The notes under the pieces were generated by a model. It saw only the letters and a list, made by a program, of their open reading frames with translations. It did not search any database and had not been told where the DNA came from. From assembly GCA_036918135.1 (NCBI GenBank), contig JBALDB010000009.1, positions 1-64,000 of the forward strand: a stretch of DNA of 64,000 bases, read 5' to 3'. Below are positions 9,305 to 17,483 of this stretch, one piece after another. The translations under genes and the position numbers were made by a program. The first letter of the stretch is position 1; every line of letters begins with the position of its first letter. Source of the DNA: Nostoc sp. GTDB taxonomy: Bacteria > Cyanobacteriota > Cyanobacteriia > Cyanobacteriales > Nostocaceae.

Positions 9305-9593
9305 CCTGCTGCCCAAACAAATATTGTAAAATTCGCTGGTTTTCGGTTTGTATACCCCTGACCTCTGATTGAAGCTCCCGAATCACTGCTCTATCTTGCT
9401 GGGCTTCTTCAACGAAATCGCCAATTAACCCAACCAAATGACTGATACTAGCCTCTAATTGCTGTTGTAGTGCTTCTTGATTGGTTTCCAGTCTTGAAAT
9501 CGCTTGTGTGTTGGCTTGCTGTTGTACAGCAGTTTGTAACAATAGTGCTTCTATGCGGTCTAGTCTGCTTGGTTGTTGAGGTGTGTCGGTCAT
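9291..9593 (-). CDS. coiled-coil hypothetical protein
   Basis: SRLDRIEA...IQTENQRILQYL; overlaps tnpB start. Confidence 0.75.
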   Translation of the reverse strand: MTDTPQQPSRLDRIEALLLQTAVQQQANTQAISRLETNQEALQQQLEASISHLVGLIGDFVEEAQQDRAVIRELQSEVRGIQTENQRILQYLFGQQDENR

Positions 9594-9650
9594 GTGCTTA
9601 TCTCTACTCTACTAAGTTTGGGTTAGAGAGAAAGGAATTAATCTACTCGG

Positions 9651-9765
9651 CTTGCAGTCAAAAACTGGACGGCATATTCAGCCCTCGGTGCTACTTGCAT
9701 AGCTTCCTGCCGGCCCTCCATAGGAGGCAAAAACAGGCTTAAATTCCCCGCCCCAAGGCAGGTAC
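9651..9765 (-). ncRNA. omegaRNA-like scaffold copy 1 (intergenic)
   Basis: GTACCTGCC-TTGG-GGCGGGGAATTTAAGCCTG...CAGGAAGCTAT-GCAA-GTAGC...GACTGCAAG. Confidence 0.6.
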
Positions 9766-9772
9766 AAGCAAC

Positions 9773-9982
9773 TTAATCAATAACAATCTCAAGTAACTCG
9801 TTAATGCTTTTGCATCCAAAATAATCGCAGAGCTTAGTAATGGTCTTTTTGTCAAATCTGTCTAACTGGTTTCTGTAAAGCTTACTAACAGTAGTAGGAC
9901 TTAACCCTGTTTGATCTGCCAACTGTTTTTGATTGATTCCTTTTTGCTCCATTAATTGAGGCAGCTTACAAATCATTTCCAT
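9773..9982 (-). CDS. Cro/C1-type HTH regulator
   Basis: LMEQKGINQKQLADQTGLSPTTVSKLY...KLCDYF. Confidence 0.85.
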   Translation of the reverse strand: MEMICKLPQLMEQKGINQKQLADQTGLSPTTVSKLYRNQLDRFDKKTITKLCDYFGCKSINELLEIVID

Positions 9983-10128
9983 ACTTAATAATAGGATAAC
10001 AGAATTATAGGATAATAATTAGCTATTGACAAGATACTAAGAAGCTGTCATCCTATCAGTATACAGACAAAGCAAACGGCGATCGCTGGTTTTCTCAGGA
10101 CACGCGATCGCCGTTTGTTCCACAAAAT

Positions 10129-10422
10129 ATGGAGATCATAATCATGACACAAGCAAGCCTTGACATTCAAGCGCTGGCGCAATTCCAGCTAAACCTTTAC
10201 ATTGCTGAACAATCCGAAGAAGCATCACACTACGAAATCGATTCTACTGACGATATATTTGGCAAGCTCTACCGTGTGTGGGGCGGGGAAAAGGGCATTA
10301 ATTTGCTTGGCACCTTTTATCAAAACTTAGAAGGCTTGTGGGTGTCGCAGCCTTGCAACAGCGACAAGCGCGACCAATGGCGCACTGATACCGAAGCAAT
10401 AAACGCCATCCTCACAGCCTAA
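10129..10422 (+). CDS. hypothetical protein
   Basis: first gene of divergent operon; TTGACA upstream. Confidence 0.65.
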   Translation: MEIIIMTQASLDIQALAQFQLNLYIAEQSEEASHYEIDSTDDIFGKLYRVWGGEKGINLLGTFYQNLEGLWVSQPCNSDKRDQWRTDTEAINAILTA

Positions 10423-10482
10423 AACTAATTCCACTGCCCCACCACGAGCGCTTTAAAAGGCGCTCTTTCTCGCATTAAAAAT

Positions 10483-10725
10483 ATGGATTACGAAAGAGAA
10501 ATTCGCTGCGCGCTGCAAGACCTTCGCTGCCAAGCTTTAACCCAATTCATGGGTGAATTGATGCAGATTTTGACCGTCGAAGGCTACACCCTGGAAGACT
10601 TATTAGACGCTGTTACCACTTTGGTGAGTGAAAAACCCGAACTCGAATCGGTAGTAAAGCACCTGGAAAACGCCGAAAAAGAAATGCGATACCTGCGGCA
10701 ACCGCAATCCCACGAGGTTCTATGA
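10483..10725 (+). CDS. hypothetical protein
   Basis: ATGA overlap with the next ORF. Confidence 0.65.
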   Translation: MDYEREIRCALQDLRCQALTQFMGELMQILTVEGYTLEDLLDAVTTLVSEKPELESVVKHLENAEKEMRYLRQPQSHEVL

Positions 10726-12218
10726 CCACAACAGCCGTTGAACTAACTCCGGTTCCCGAAAAACTTTTCACCTCGACCGCCCAAGCTTTAGAGTTTTGGC
10801 TCTCAGTCGCCCAGAAGCGGGAGACGATGCCAGCAAAAGATTACCTGGAATACTTGAATAGCTTCGCATGGGATCGCCGCAGCGCCGGGCCGTATGTAAA
10901 GTTAGCAGACTTCATCAAAGAGCATCTATTTGGACACCTTGATGCGATCGCCAAACTCGATATTAGAACCCTCTTGAAGCTTCCTTTGTCCCGCTATGCC
11001 TCCATCGTAGAAGCAATCAAAGCGACAGCACCGACGCAAAAAGAAGTCACTGAGCTAATCAAGCAGCTTCCCAAAAAACCCCGTACGGGGTTCCAGCCAA
11101 CTGGTGAAGGGGGAGCAAGGATGTTCGCACTGCCGCCGCTCCACAACGAGTCAGGAAAAGTAGTTGAGAAGGCCGCCCAACTGACTGGATTGAGCTTGCA
11201 AAAGCTGGTAGAAGAAGCTTGTCATCTAGTGACTTCCATCATTACAGGTGAAGACCTGACGCAAGCGATCGCTCGGATACAAGAACTTGCTATTAAGCAA
11301 GAACCCGACGAAGTAACGACTGATTTGACGCTCTACGGATTGTCATTACAAGATGCCGTACAGTGGCAGCATGAAGGGGAAATCTACGCTTCATGGCTAA
11401 CAAAGGTTGAGGACGGTAATGCCCTATTACAGGTCGATGGCGCGATAACTAAGGTGCCATTGGCGAACCTGAAGAAGATTGACATGGATGCCATCGAAGA
11501 AGAAATTAGCGATCGCCAAAAACTTTCCTACCCTTACCAGCAGCTGTATATCAATGCTGTCAATGCAAAACAGGAATGGGTGACGCTGCAATCCCTAGCT
11601 GAGGGTGACGACACCTATAACTGGCAGATGAGGCAGTACACTCGCTGGATGTCTTGCGTTGAGAGTGGCGCACAAAGGAATGCGATTTGGTTTGATTGGG
11701 AGGAGATGAAACAGAATCAAAGGTTAATCCTCGTTCCTGGTGGGGATGACTTAATTGCTCATGTAGCTAATACTCCTAGACCTCAGCATAAGGCAGTCAA
11801 GACCTCTTTTTTAGAAGCTTTTTCATCAGGAGTACCTGATAAACCGAGTCTGGAACAGTCATTAAAAGATGCCGACAATTGGGATGAAATAGCCTTCCTG
11901 GTCGGGCGTAACAACAAAACTTTAACCCAGGCGACAGAAGCTTGGACAATCGAAGACAAGCAATTGTTGATTGCCAAGCTTGCAACTTTCTTGGAAAACA
12001 GTTTCCACTGTGCAATTCAATACAAAGAGATTTCCTGGTTGCATCATGTAGCCTTAGCCAAAGCCTTAGTTAAATTGGAGTTTGAAGTCAATCAACAAGT
12101 ATGCAAGTTTGATAAGTTTTTTGACTATGGAACTTGCAACGAGCTGTGGAGTTTCCATGCAGAAACAGGCGAAACTATAGTTGTTCCTCGGCAGGAAGTC
12201 AAAGTATTTAGGTTTTGA
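10722..12218 (+). CDS. hypothetical protein
   Basis: 498 aa operonic ORF. Confidence 0.75.
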   Translation: MTTTAVELTPVPEKLFTSTAQALEFWLSVAQKRETMPAKDYLEYLNSFAWDRRSAGPYVKLADFIKEHLFGHLDAIAKLDIRTLLKLPLSRYASIVEAIKATAPTQKEVTELIKQLPKKPRTGFQPTGEGGARMFALPPLHNESGKVVEKAAQLTGLSLQKLVEEACHLVTSIITGEDLTQAIARIQELAIKQEPDEVTTDLTLYGLSLQDAVQWQHEGEIYASWLTKVEDGNALLQVDGAITKVPLANLKKIDMDAIEEEISDRQKLSYPYQQLYINAVNAKQEWVTLQSLAEGDDTYNWQMRQYTRWMSCVESGAQRNAIWFDWEEMKQNQRLILVPGGDDLIAHVANTPRPQHKAVKTSFLEAFSSGVPDKPSLEQSLKDADNWDEIAFLVGRNNKTLTQATEAWTIEDKQLLIAKLATFLENSFHCAIQYKEISWLHHVALAKALVKLEFEVNQQVCKFDKFFDYGTCNELWSFHAETGETIVVPRQEVKVFRF

Positions 12219-12221
12219 AAA

Positions 12222-13037
12222 ATGGAACTTAAACTAGGAATTTGCAACCTTCCTGAGCCAGTTTACCTCTACGTCAAAAGGGGGGATTGGGAAGGGAAAA
12301 GTTATTGCTGGTATTACCACGACCCGGAAACAAAAATAAATACTCCTGAATATTCCCCAGCAATATGCGGATATCTTTGGGAATTGCGCTTGACTCCTAA
12401 AGGTTTCAAGGGCAAAGACAATATGAAACTAGATATCGTAGTTTCAGCGGACAAAACTTACATTATTAGAAGTGGGATTGAAACGAACTTTACCAAAGGT
12501 TTTCTGTTAGCCATCGCATTGGTCAAAGATTTATCTAGGCCGATAATAATTGGTTGTTCGTCTGGAGAACAAAATACAGTTTTCTGTCGAGTTTACGACG
12601 CCTTAACTAAATCTAAGGTAGAAGTAGATTGGAATGTCCAAACAGACTGGGCAAGTATTGTTAAGAGTATTCAGGCTAAATTGGACGCGGCTCACCAGTT
12701 GCAAAGCGAACAAACTTTGTTGTTAAATAAGCCCATAAATCAAGATTTACGAATCAGGGAAATTCGTACTTTGTTAAAGTATCCCACAAATTTAATTGTG
12801 GAGTGGTTAAATTTTCAAGGTGTCAAAAGACCGAGCCAACTTAGCCCGGAAACAGTTGATATTTTAGTGCGGACAATTTGCCTTGATTGGGCTGAGGATA
12901 AATTTAGCCACTCTAATCATGCTATTAACTCTTACAACAAACACGTGCTTAATGCTGTAGCAAATGGCGTTGAAGAATTAGTAGCGGTTCGAGATTGGTA
13001 CGATTATGTTATGTCTCGTCAACAGACAAAAAATTAA
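12222..13037 (+). CDS. hypothetical protein
   Basis: 271 aa operonic ORF. Confidence 0.75.
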   Translation: MELKLGICNLPEPVYLYVKRGDWEGKSYCWYYHDPETKINTPEYSPAICGYLWELRLTPKGFKGKDNMKLDIVVSADKTYIIRSGIETNFTKGFLLAIALVKDLSRPIIIGCSSGEQNTVFCRVYDALTKSKVEVDWNVQTDWASIVKSIQAKLDAAHQLQSEQTLLLNKPINQDLRIREIRTLLKYPTNLIVEWLNFQGVKRPSQLSPETVDILVRTICLDWAEDKFSHSNHAINSYNKHVLNAVANGVEELVAVRDWYDYVMSRQQTKN

Positions 13038-13326
13038 TTAGCCATCATTTCAATTACCTTACTTGTTCTTGCCACGGCAAGAGTAATTTCGTTGCGTCAA
13101 TATAATCAGGAAAATTCAAAATGGTTGTTTTTACAACAAAACCCAAAAAACACAATTACTTGATAGGAGATCCATAGAAATAACGATCGCTTTTTTAGAG
13201 CGATCGCTATTTCATCTGTAAAAAAACAACATCTCACCAAACCAATAGGATGTACCCGGCGCGAACGGTATACAACATGATTATTTTACCAAAAATAGCA
13301 AACCTTTACAAACAGGGGGTTAGAAG

Positions 13327-14136
13327 ATGACTGCTGCGATCGCTCGTTCTACTCCCAAGAAATCTGTCCGCAGAAAACAGCAAAAACCATATAGAAGGCA
13401 ACATGTGATTATCCCAATTGAAGACATGCTTTGGGCTTCCAAACAAAAGCCCTCAGTTAACCAACTATGGCAAGAGTGTTGGACATCTGACCCTTATGGT
13501 TCTCGCTGGATGCCATTAAACACAACTTTAGGATACAGTACTTTTCTTGCTGCCAAAAAAGTACTCTCGGCAACTGGGTTATTCATTTTCAAACCAGATA
13601 AATCGATAAAAGATGGGCGAGAAACTATCGGTTGGATAGTACGAAATCTGCATGGAAGTAGAGTTAAAAGTTTTTGGGAACAAGAAGTAGGTTCTATTGA
13701 TGAAGAAACCCACGCTGATTTAGAAGAAATGCACGCTTTGGATGAAGAGTGTATTTTGGATGAAAGCAAGTCAGCGCAAACTTTGGAGGAAGTCTCAGAA
13801 ACACCTCACCAACACCTCACGAACTCTTCAAAAGAGTTCGTGAGGTGCAATGGCGATCGAGTTGATAGTGCATCATTGGGGGGCGACATGCCCCCCAATG
13901 ATGAGGAAAATAATAAATGGTCGAGTGAGGCAAGGGCTGTCAGGTTGAAAACTAGACCAGCGCGAATGGAGAAGTTGAAATTTGCACAGATATTAGGAGA
14001 AAACCCAGGCTTTGAATACTTGAAAGAGTGCTGGGACGACGACCCTCTTTTACAGATTGTTATCAAAAAAATGCTGACTAAATTTCCACAATGGGGATTC
14101 GTAATCTTAGGAGAAGAATTAATTAATAATCCTTAG
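13327..14136 (+). CDS. hypothetical protein, possible replication initiator
   Basis: 269 aa; helical N-domain, acidic internal repeat linker. Confidence 0.6.
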   Translation: MTAAIARSTPKKSVRRKQQKPYRRQHVIIPIEDMLWASKQKPSVNQLWQECWTSDPYGSRWMPLNTTLGYSTFLAAKKVLSATGLFIFKPDKSIKDGRETIGWIVRNLHGSRVKSFWEQEVGSIDEETHADLEEMHALDEECILDESKSAQTLEEVSETPHQHLTNSSKEFVRCNGDRVDSASLGGDMPPNDEENNKWSSEARAVRLKTRPARMEKLKFAQILGENPGFEYLKECWDDDPLLQIVIKKMLTKFPQWGFVILGEELINNP

Positions 14137-14459
14137 TCATGAGATATATTTTTGTGTTCAAAAGCTTCAGTTAGCTCGTGGATATTGCAGCGCAGTTTAT
14201 CCAAAGCATCGCCGTAAACAGCATATTTTAAGACTTCATGTCCTTGTTTGAGTTGAGCTAAGCACTCATCACACACAACGGCGATTGCTCCATCTGCGGG
14301 AATGCCACAAACCATGCAGCTCCAGCCAGTACCGGGGACAGGCGCTTTTTTATCAAGTGTCAAAATATTCTGCGCTCTCACTTCAGTACTGCCGCAGCCG
14401 CAGCAAGGGCCAAGGTCTAGAATATAGCCCTCATCAGAATCCATTTCTGTCGTGTCCAA
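14133..14459 (-). CDS. hypothetical Cys-rich protein
   Basis: CCGC, CMVC, CDEC. Confidence 0.55.
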   Translation of the reverse strand: MDTTEMDSDEGYILDLGPCCGCGSTEVRAQNILTLDKKAPVPGTGWSCMVCGIPADGAIAVVCDECLAQLKQGHEVLKYAVYGDALDKLRCNIHELTEAFEHKNISHD

Positions 14460-14484
14460 TGCTTTTAAGAATCCTCACATCACT

Positions 14485-14520
14485 TTTTAGAGTCCAGGAA
14501 AATTTTCCTGGACTCTAAAA
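14485..14520. repeat. palindrome CAGGAAAATTTTCCTG copy 3
   Basis: TTTTAGAGTCCAGGAAAATTTTCCTGGACTCTAAAA perfect. Confidence 0.85.
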
Positions 14521-14526
14521 GGTAAA

Positions 14527-14802
14527 TTAACTAGCAGCAGCACCTTCAATTGGTGCATTAGATGTATTGGAAGGTAAAGCAGCAGAAGCCTCATCAATTA
14601 ATGCTTGAATCTCTGGATTTTTTTCTAGGATAGCTGAAGCTCCAGACTCATCAACGCCAAGTAAACTAGCAAGTTGGGCAACGGCTGCATCTTTATCAGC
14701 TTTTAGCGTTGCAACTAATTTCAATAAGCTTCTAACTATTGCTGAGAATTTATTCAGTAATTCAGCTTGAGAATCTAGAGCTTCTTCTATTTTGGTAGAC
14801 AT
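14527..14802 (-). CDS. hypothetical protein
   Basis: 91 aa, AAGGA RBS. Confidence 0.6.
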   Translation of the reverse strand: MSTKIEEALDSQAELLNKFSAIVRSLLKLVATLKADKDAAVAQLASLLGVDESGASAILEKNPEIQALIDEASAALPSNTSNAPIEGAAAS

Positions 14803-14897
14803 GTTTATCGTCCTTTGATGTTAAAGACTTTTCTATATTGACATGAGAATATCGGATTGAGAGGTAATTTTTATTGCTTTTAAAATCTGTAAACTTG

Positions 14898-14913
14898 CAG
14901 GAAAATTTTCCTG
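14898..14913. repeat. palindrome CAGGAAAATTTTCCTG copy 4
   Basis: exact 16-mer. Confidence 0.8.
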
Positions 14914-15101
14914 GATTTAGGAGCCAAGGCTTGAAAGTTGTCGATGGGCATGATGCTAGTTCCAGTAACCTTAATCCCAAAACTCAACAAAAAAACTAGG
15001 ATAAGCATCTCTACAAGAAGCTATTTGCGTTCGTTTAGGCAAATAGTTAGCCCTTCTTTATAGATATGGGAAATTAAATATAGAAGAATACCAATCGCAA
15101 A

Positions 15102-15350
15102 ATGATGGCTACCAAAACAGTTCAAGTCAAAGAGTACACAGTCAGAGCGCACAAGCGACAAATTCATACCCGTATCTTTAACTTTGTGTGTAAGAAGTGC
15201 CACAACCCAACTACCCGCGAAACCTATGGTTCGCGCCCACTCTACTGTGAGACATGCCGAACTCCTCAACCACCAAACTCGTCATCAATACCCATCAAAA
15301 AAAGAAAGCCTAGACCTATGACTTATCAAACAGAAAAAGTGTCAGTTTAG
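15102..15350 (+). CDS. small Zn-ribbon protein
   Basis: CKKC...CETC. Confidence 0.65.
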   Translation: MMATKTVQVKEYTVRAHKRQIHTRIFNFVCKKCHNPTTRETYGSRPLYCETCRTPQPPNSSSIPIKKRKPRPMTYQTEKVSV

Positions 15351-15371
15351 CAAGTTTTAACAGTTAATTTT

Positions 15372-15403
15372 AAACTCGTCCGCGGATTTCCACGGACGAG
15401 TTT
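15372..15403. repeat. second palindrome family GTCCGCGGA-NN-TCCRCGGAC copy 1
   Basis: AAACTCGTCCGCGGATTTCCACGGACGAGTTT; may also act as a terminator. Confidence 0.55.
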
Positions 15404-15420
15404 TTGATATGATTTTATGA

Positions 15421-15972
15421 TTGTCAAAAAAAGAATTAACTATGGAAGATTTAGAAATAGTTAGCGTTATAGCCGAAGCTAATAGAATTGATGTTAAGAC
15501 AGCCATGAGTACTTTCGGAATAGGCAAGAGTCTATTTTATGAAAAATATGTTAAGGACTGTCGAATCACTCCTACAAAAGCCGCTGGTCGTGCTTATATA
15601 ACTTGGGAAGAGTTTGAATTATTGCGGGGTTATCATCTAGCAAGGAATTCAAGCAAAGAAGATTTAGATAGGTTTTTAGTACAAATCAATGGACAAGTCC
15701 CTATTGAGACCGAACAAAAAAGCCTTATGGGGCTATTTAAAAACTTTGTTCCAGCGACAATTTACCAAAAGTTAATTTTTCGGCTACAGTTACTTGAAAA
15801 ATACGCCTCTGTTTCCCACGCGCGGCTATCTACAAATGAATTAAGTCAAGTCCTAGAGGTTAGTAATAGAACCCTGTGGAGCAAGAAGGAATACCAAAAG
15901 CTAGGTTTTCTGTTTCGCCGCGATCGCCAGGGATGGCAGGTACTAATTAATAGCGACTTTGAAAGAAAATGA
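15421..15972 (+). CDS. putative HTH DNA-binding protein
   Basis: AMSTFGIGKSLFY and LSTNELSQVLEVSNRTL HTH-like segments. Confidence 0.6.
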   Translation: MSKKELTMEDLEIVSVIAEANRIDVKTAMSTFGIGKSLFYEKYVKDCRITPTKAAGRAYITWEEFELLRGYHLARNSSKEDLDRFLVQINGQVPIETEQKSLMGLFKNFVPATIYQKLIFRLQLLEKYASVSHARLSTNELSQVLEVSNRTLWSKKEYQKLGFLFRRDRQGWQVLINSDFERK

Positions 15973-16289
15973 GTATCAAAATTTGGAGAATTATTGCTAG
16001 GGGCGTTATGCCTGACGGGGAAAAAGTTGAAAATGCTGAATATATCATTGTTGAAGATAATTTTCACGACCGGACAACCAACGAATACATTCCCATTGCC
16101 TCAGAACCCTTATATAGAGAAGAGGTGGAGCAGTTAATTAGTGGAGAAATGGAGTTAACAGATTTTGAATTAACTGAAGAATCAGTGCAAAACTACTCTG
16201 ATGAAGATTGGGAAAAAGCTCGGCAATTAAAAGAGGAAGAATGGAAAGATATTATTAATTGTTTTTCCGGTGCTGAATTTGATAGATAA
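15969..16289 (+). CDS. hypothetical protein
   Basis: ATGA overlap; acidic 106 aa. Confidence 0.6.
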   Translation: MSIKIWRIIARGVMPDGEKVENAEYIIVEDNFHDRTTNEYIPIASEPLYREEVEQLISGEMELTDFELTEESVQNYSDEDWEKARQLKEEEWKDIINCFSGAEFDR

Positions 16290-16563
16290 TCATATCTTTA
16301 GGGGTTCCAGTGAGTTCTAAGATTTCATGTCCGGGAATTAACACTAAAGGAATTCCTTGGAATTGACTGGTATATGCCTCAGAACCAGGCTGTGTATAAA
16401 GTTGATACCAAATAAAGCATTGATAGTAGTCTTTGCTGATGACTATGTACTGTGGAGATTTGCGAAAATCCTGTTTAAACTTTTCAATTCTAGACTCAAT
16501 TCGTTCTATGACTCGATTGCAGCCAGTAGTGTACATGTTATCGGATTTCAAAGTTGATGTCAT
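16255..16563 (-). CDS. hypothetical protein
   Basis: operonic with the ASCH gene. Confidence 0.5.
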   Translation of the reverse strand: MTSTLKSDNMYTTGCNRVIERIESRIEKFKQDFRKSPQYIVISKDYYQCFIWYQLYTQPGSEAYTSQFQGIPLVLIPGHEILELTGTPKDMIIYQIQHRKNN

Positions 16564-16936
16564 AAGAATTTATCAGATGAAGTGGGATATTAAAAAGGAT
16601 GGTTTTAGCTACAAAAGGTATAGATTTTTCCCACAAATTCGTCTGAGTAAAATGCCAATTATAGGCACGAGCTTCGTCCGACCAAGAACAACTAATAAGT
16701 TGGGCACTTCCAATTATTGTTTGTGTAGGTAGTTCTGTCAGTGTCAGAGTGCTTAGGTCTATACTCATTTGTTTGAGTTGTCGTTTATTAGCAAGCTTCC
16801 CCGCGTGAATAATAATTAAGCCTTTGTGATTGATTGAGTAATCAAGCCTTTGAATATCCCTGCCATGAAATAACAACCAAGCATTTGGCTGAGAGAGGCT
16901 CAAACATTTAATTGAATTAGCTGGCAATTCAGGCAT
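16538..16936 (-). CDS. ASCH domain protein
   Basis: CLSLSQPNAWLLFHG, GLIIIHAGK, IIGSAQL. Confidence 0.75.
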   Translation of the reverse strand: MPELPANSIKCLSLSQPNAWLLFHGRDIQRLDYSINHKGLIIIHAGKLANKRQLKQMSIDLSTLTLTELPTQTIIGSAQLISCSWSDEARAYNWHFTQTNLWEKSIPFVAKTILFNIPLHLINSYDINFEIR

Positions 16937-16994
16937 TTAGTTGCGGTTTTAGGAGAAAAGCCGATATATTGAAAACTTTTAGACAGTAGAAAAT

Positions 16995-17483
16995 ATGGAT
17001 TTCACTATTAGGAAAGCTCTTGAATCGGACGCAAGTGCGATCGCTCAAATTCTGCAAGAGCTAGGCTGGCATAATTGGGTAAGTTCAAATCCTTACGATA
17101 AAGTTGTATCTCAGATTCAGCAACACATTTCTCAGTGTGCGGCGGATAACAGCCATTCAGTTTATGTAGCCGAGTCCCAAAAGGGGGTTATAGGCTACAT
17201 CACAGTTCACTGGATACCGTGCTTATTTATCGAACGGCTTCGAGGATACGTCTCGGATTTATTTATCCAACAAGAGAGTCGCAATCAAGGAGTCGGCAGC
17301 AAGCTACTAGCGGTAGTTATATCAGAAGCGAAGATGAGAAGATGTCATTCAGTTACAGCCCTAACCCGCAAAGAGCGAGAATCTTATAAAAAAGGGTTTT
17401 ACAACAGACAGGGTTGGGTTGAGCGCGGCAATGTTGTTGATTTTATCTATGAACTTTCTCCTACCACCAGCTTGAGAAGCTAG
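16995..17483 (+). CDS. GNAT N-acetyltransferase
   Basis: IRKA..SD, LFIQQESRNQGVGSKLL, FYNRQGW. Confidence 0.88.
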   Translation: MDFTIRKALESDASAIAQILQELGWHNWVSSNPYDKVVSQIQQHISQCAADNSHSVYVAESQKGVIGYITVHWIPCLFIERLRGYVSDLFIQQESRNQGVGSKLLAVVISEAKMRRCHSVTALTRKERESYKKGFYNRQGWVERGNVVDFIYELSPTTSLRS

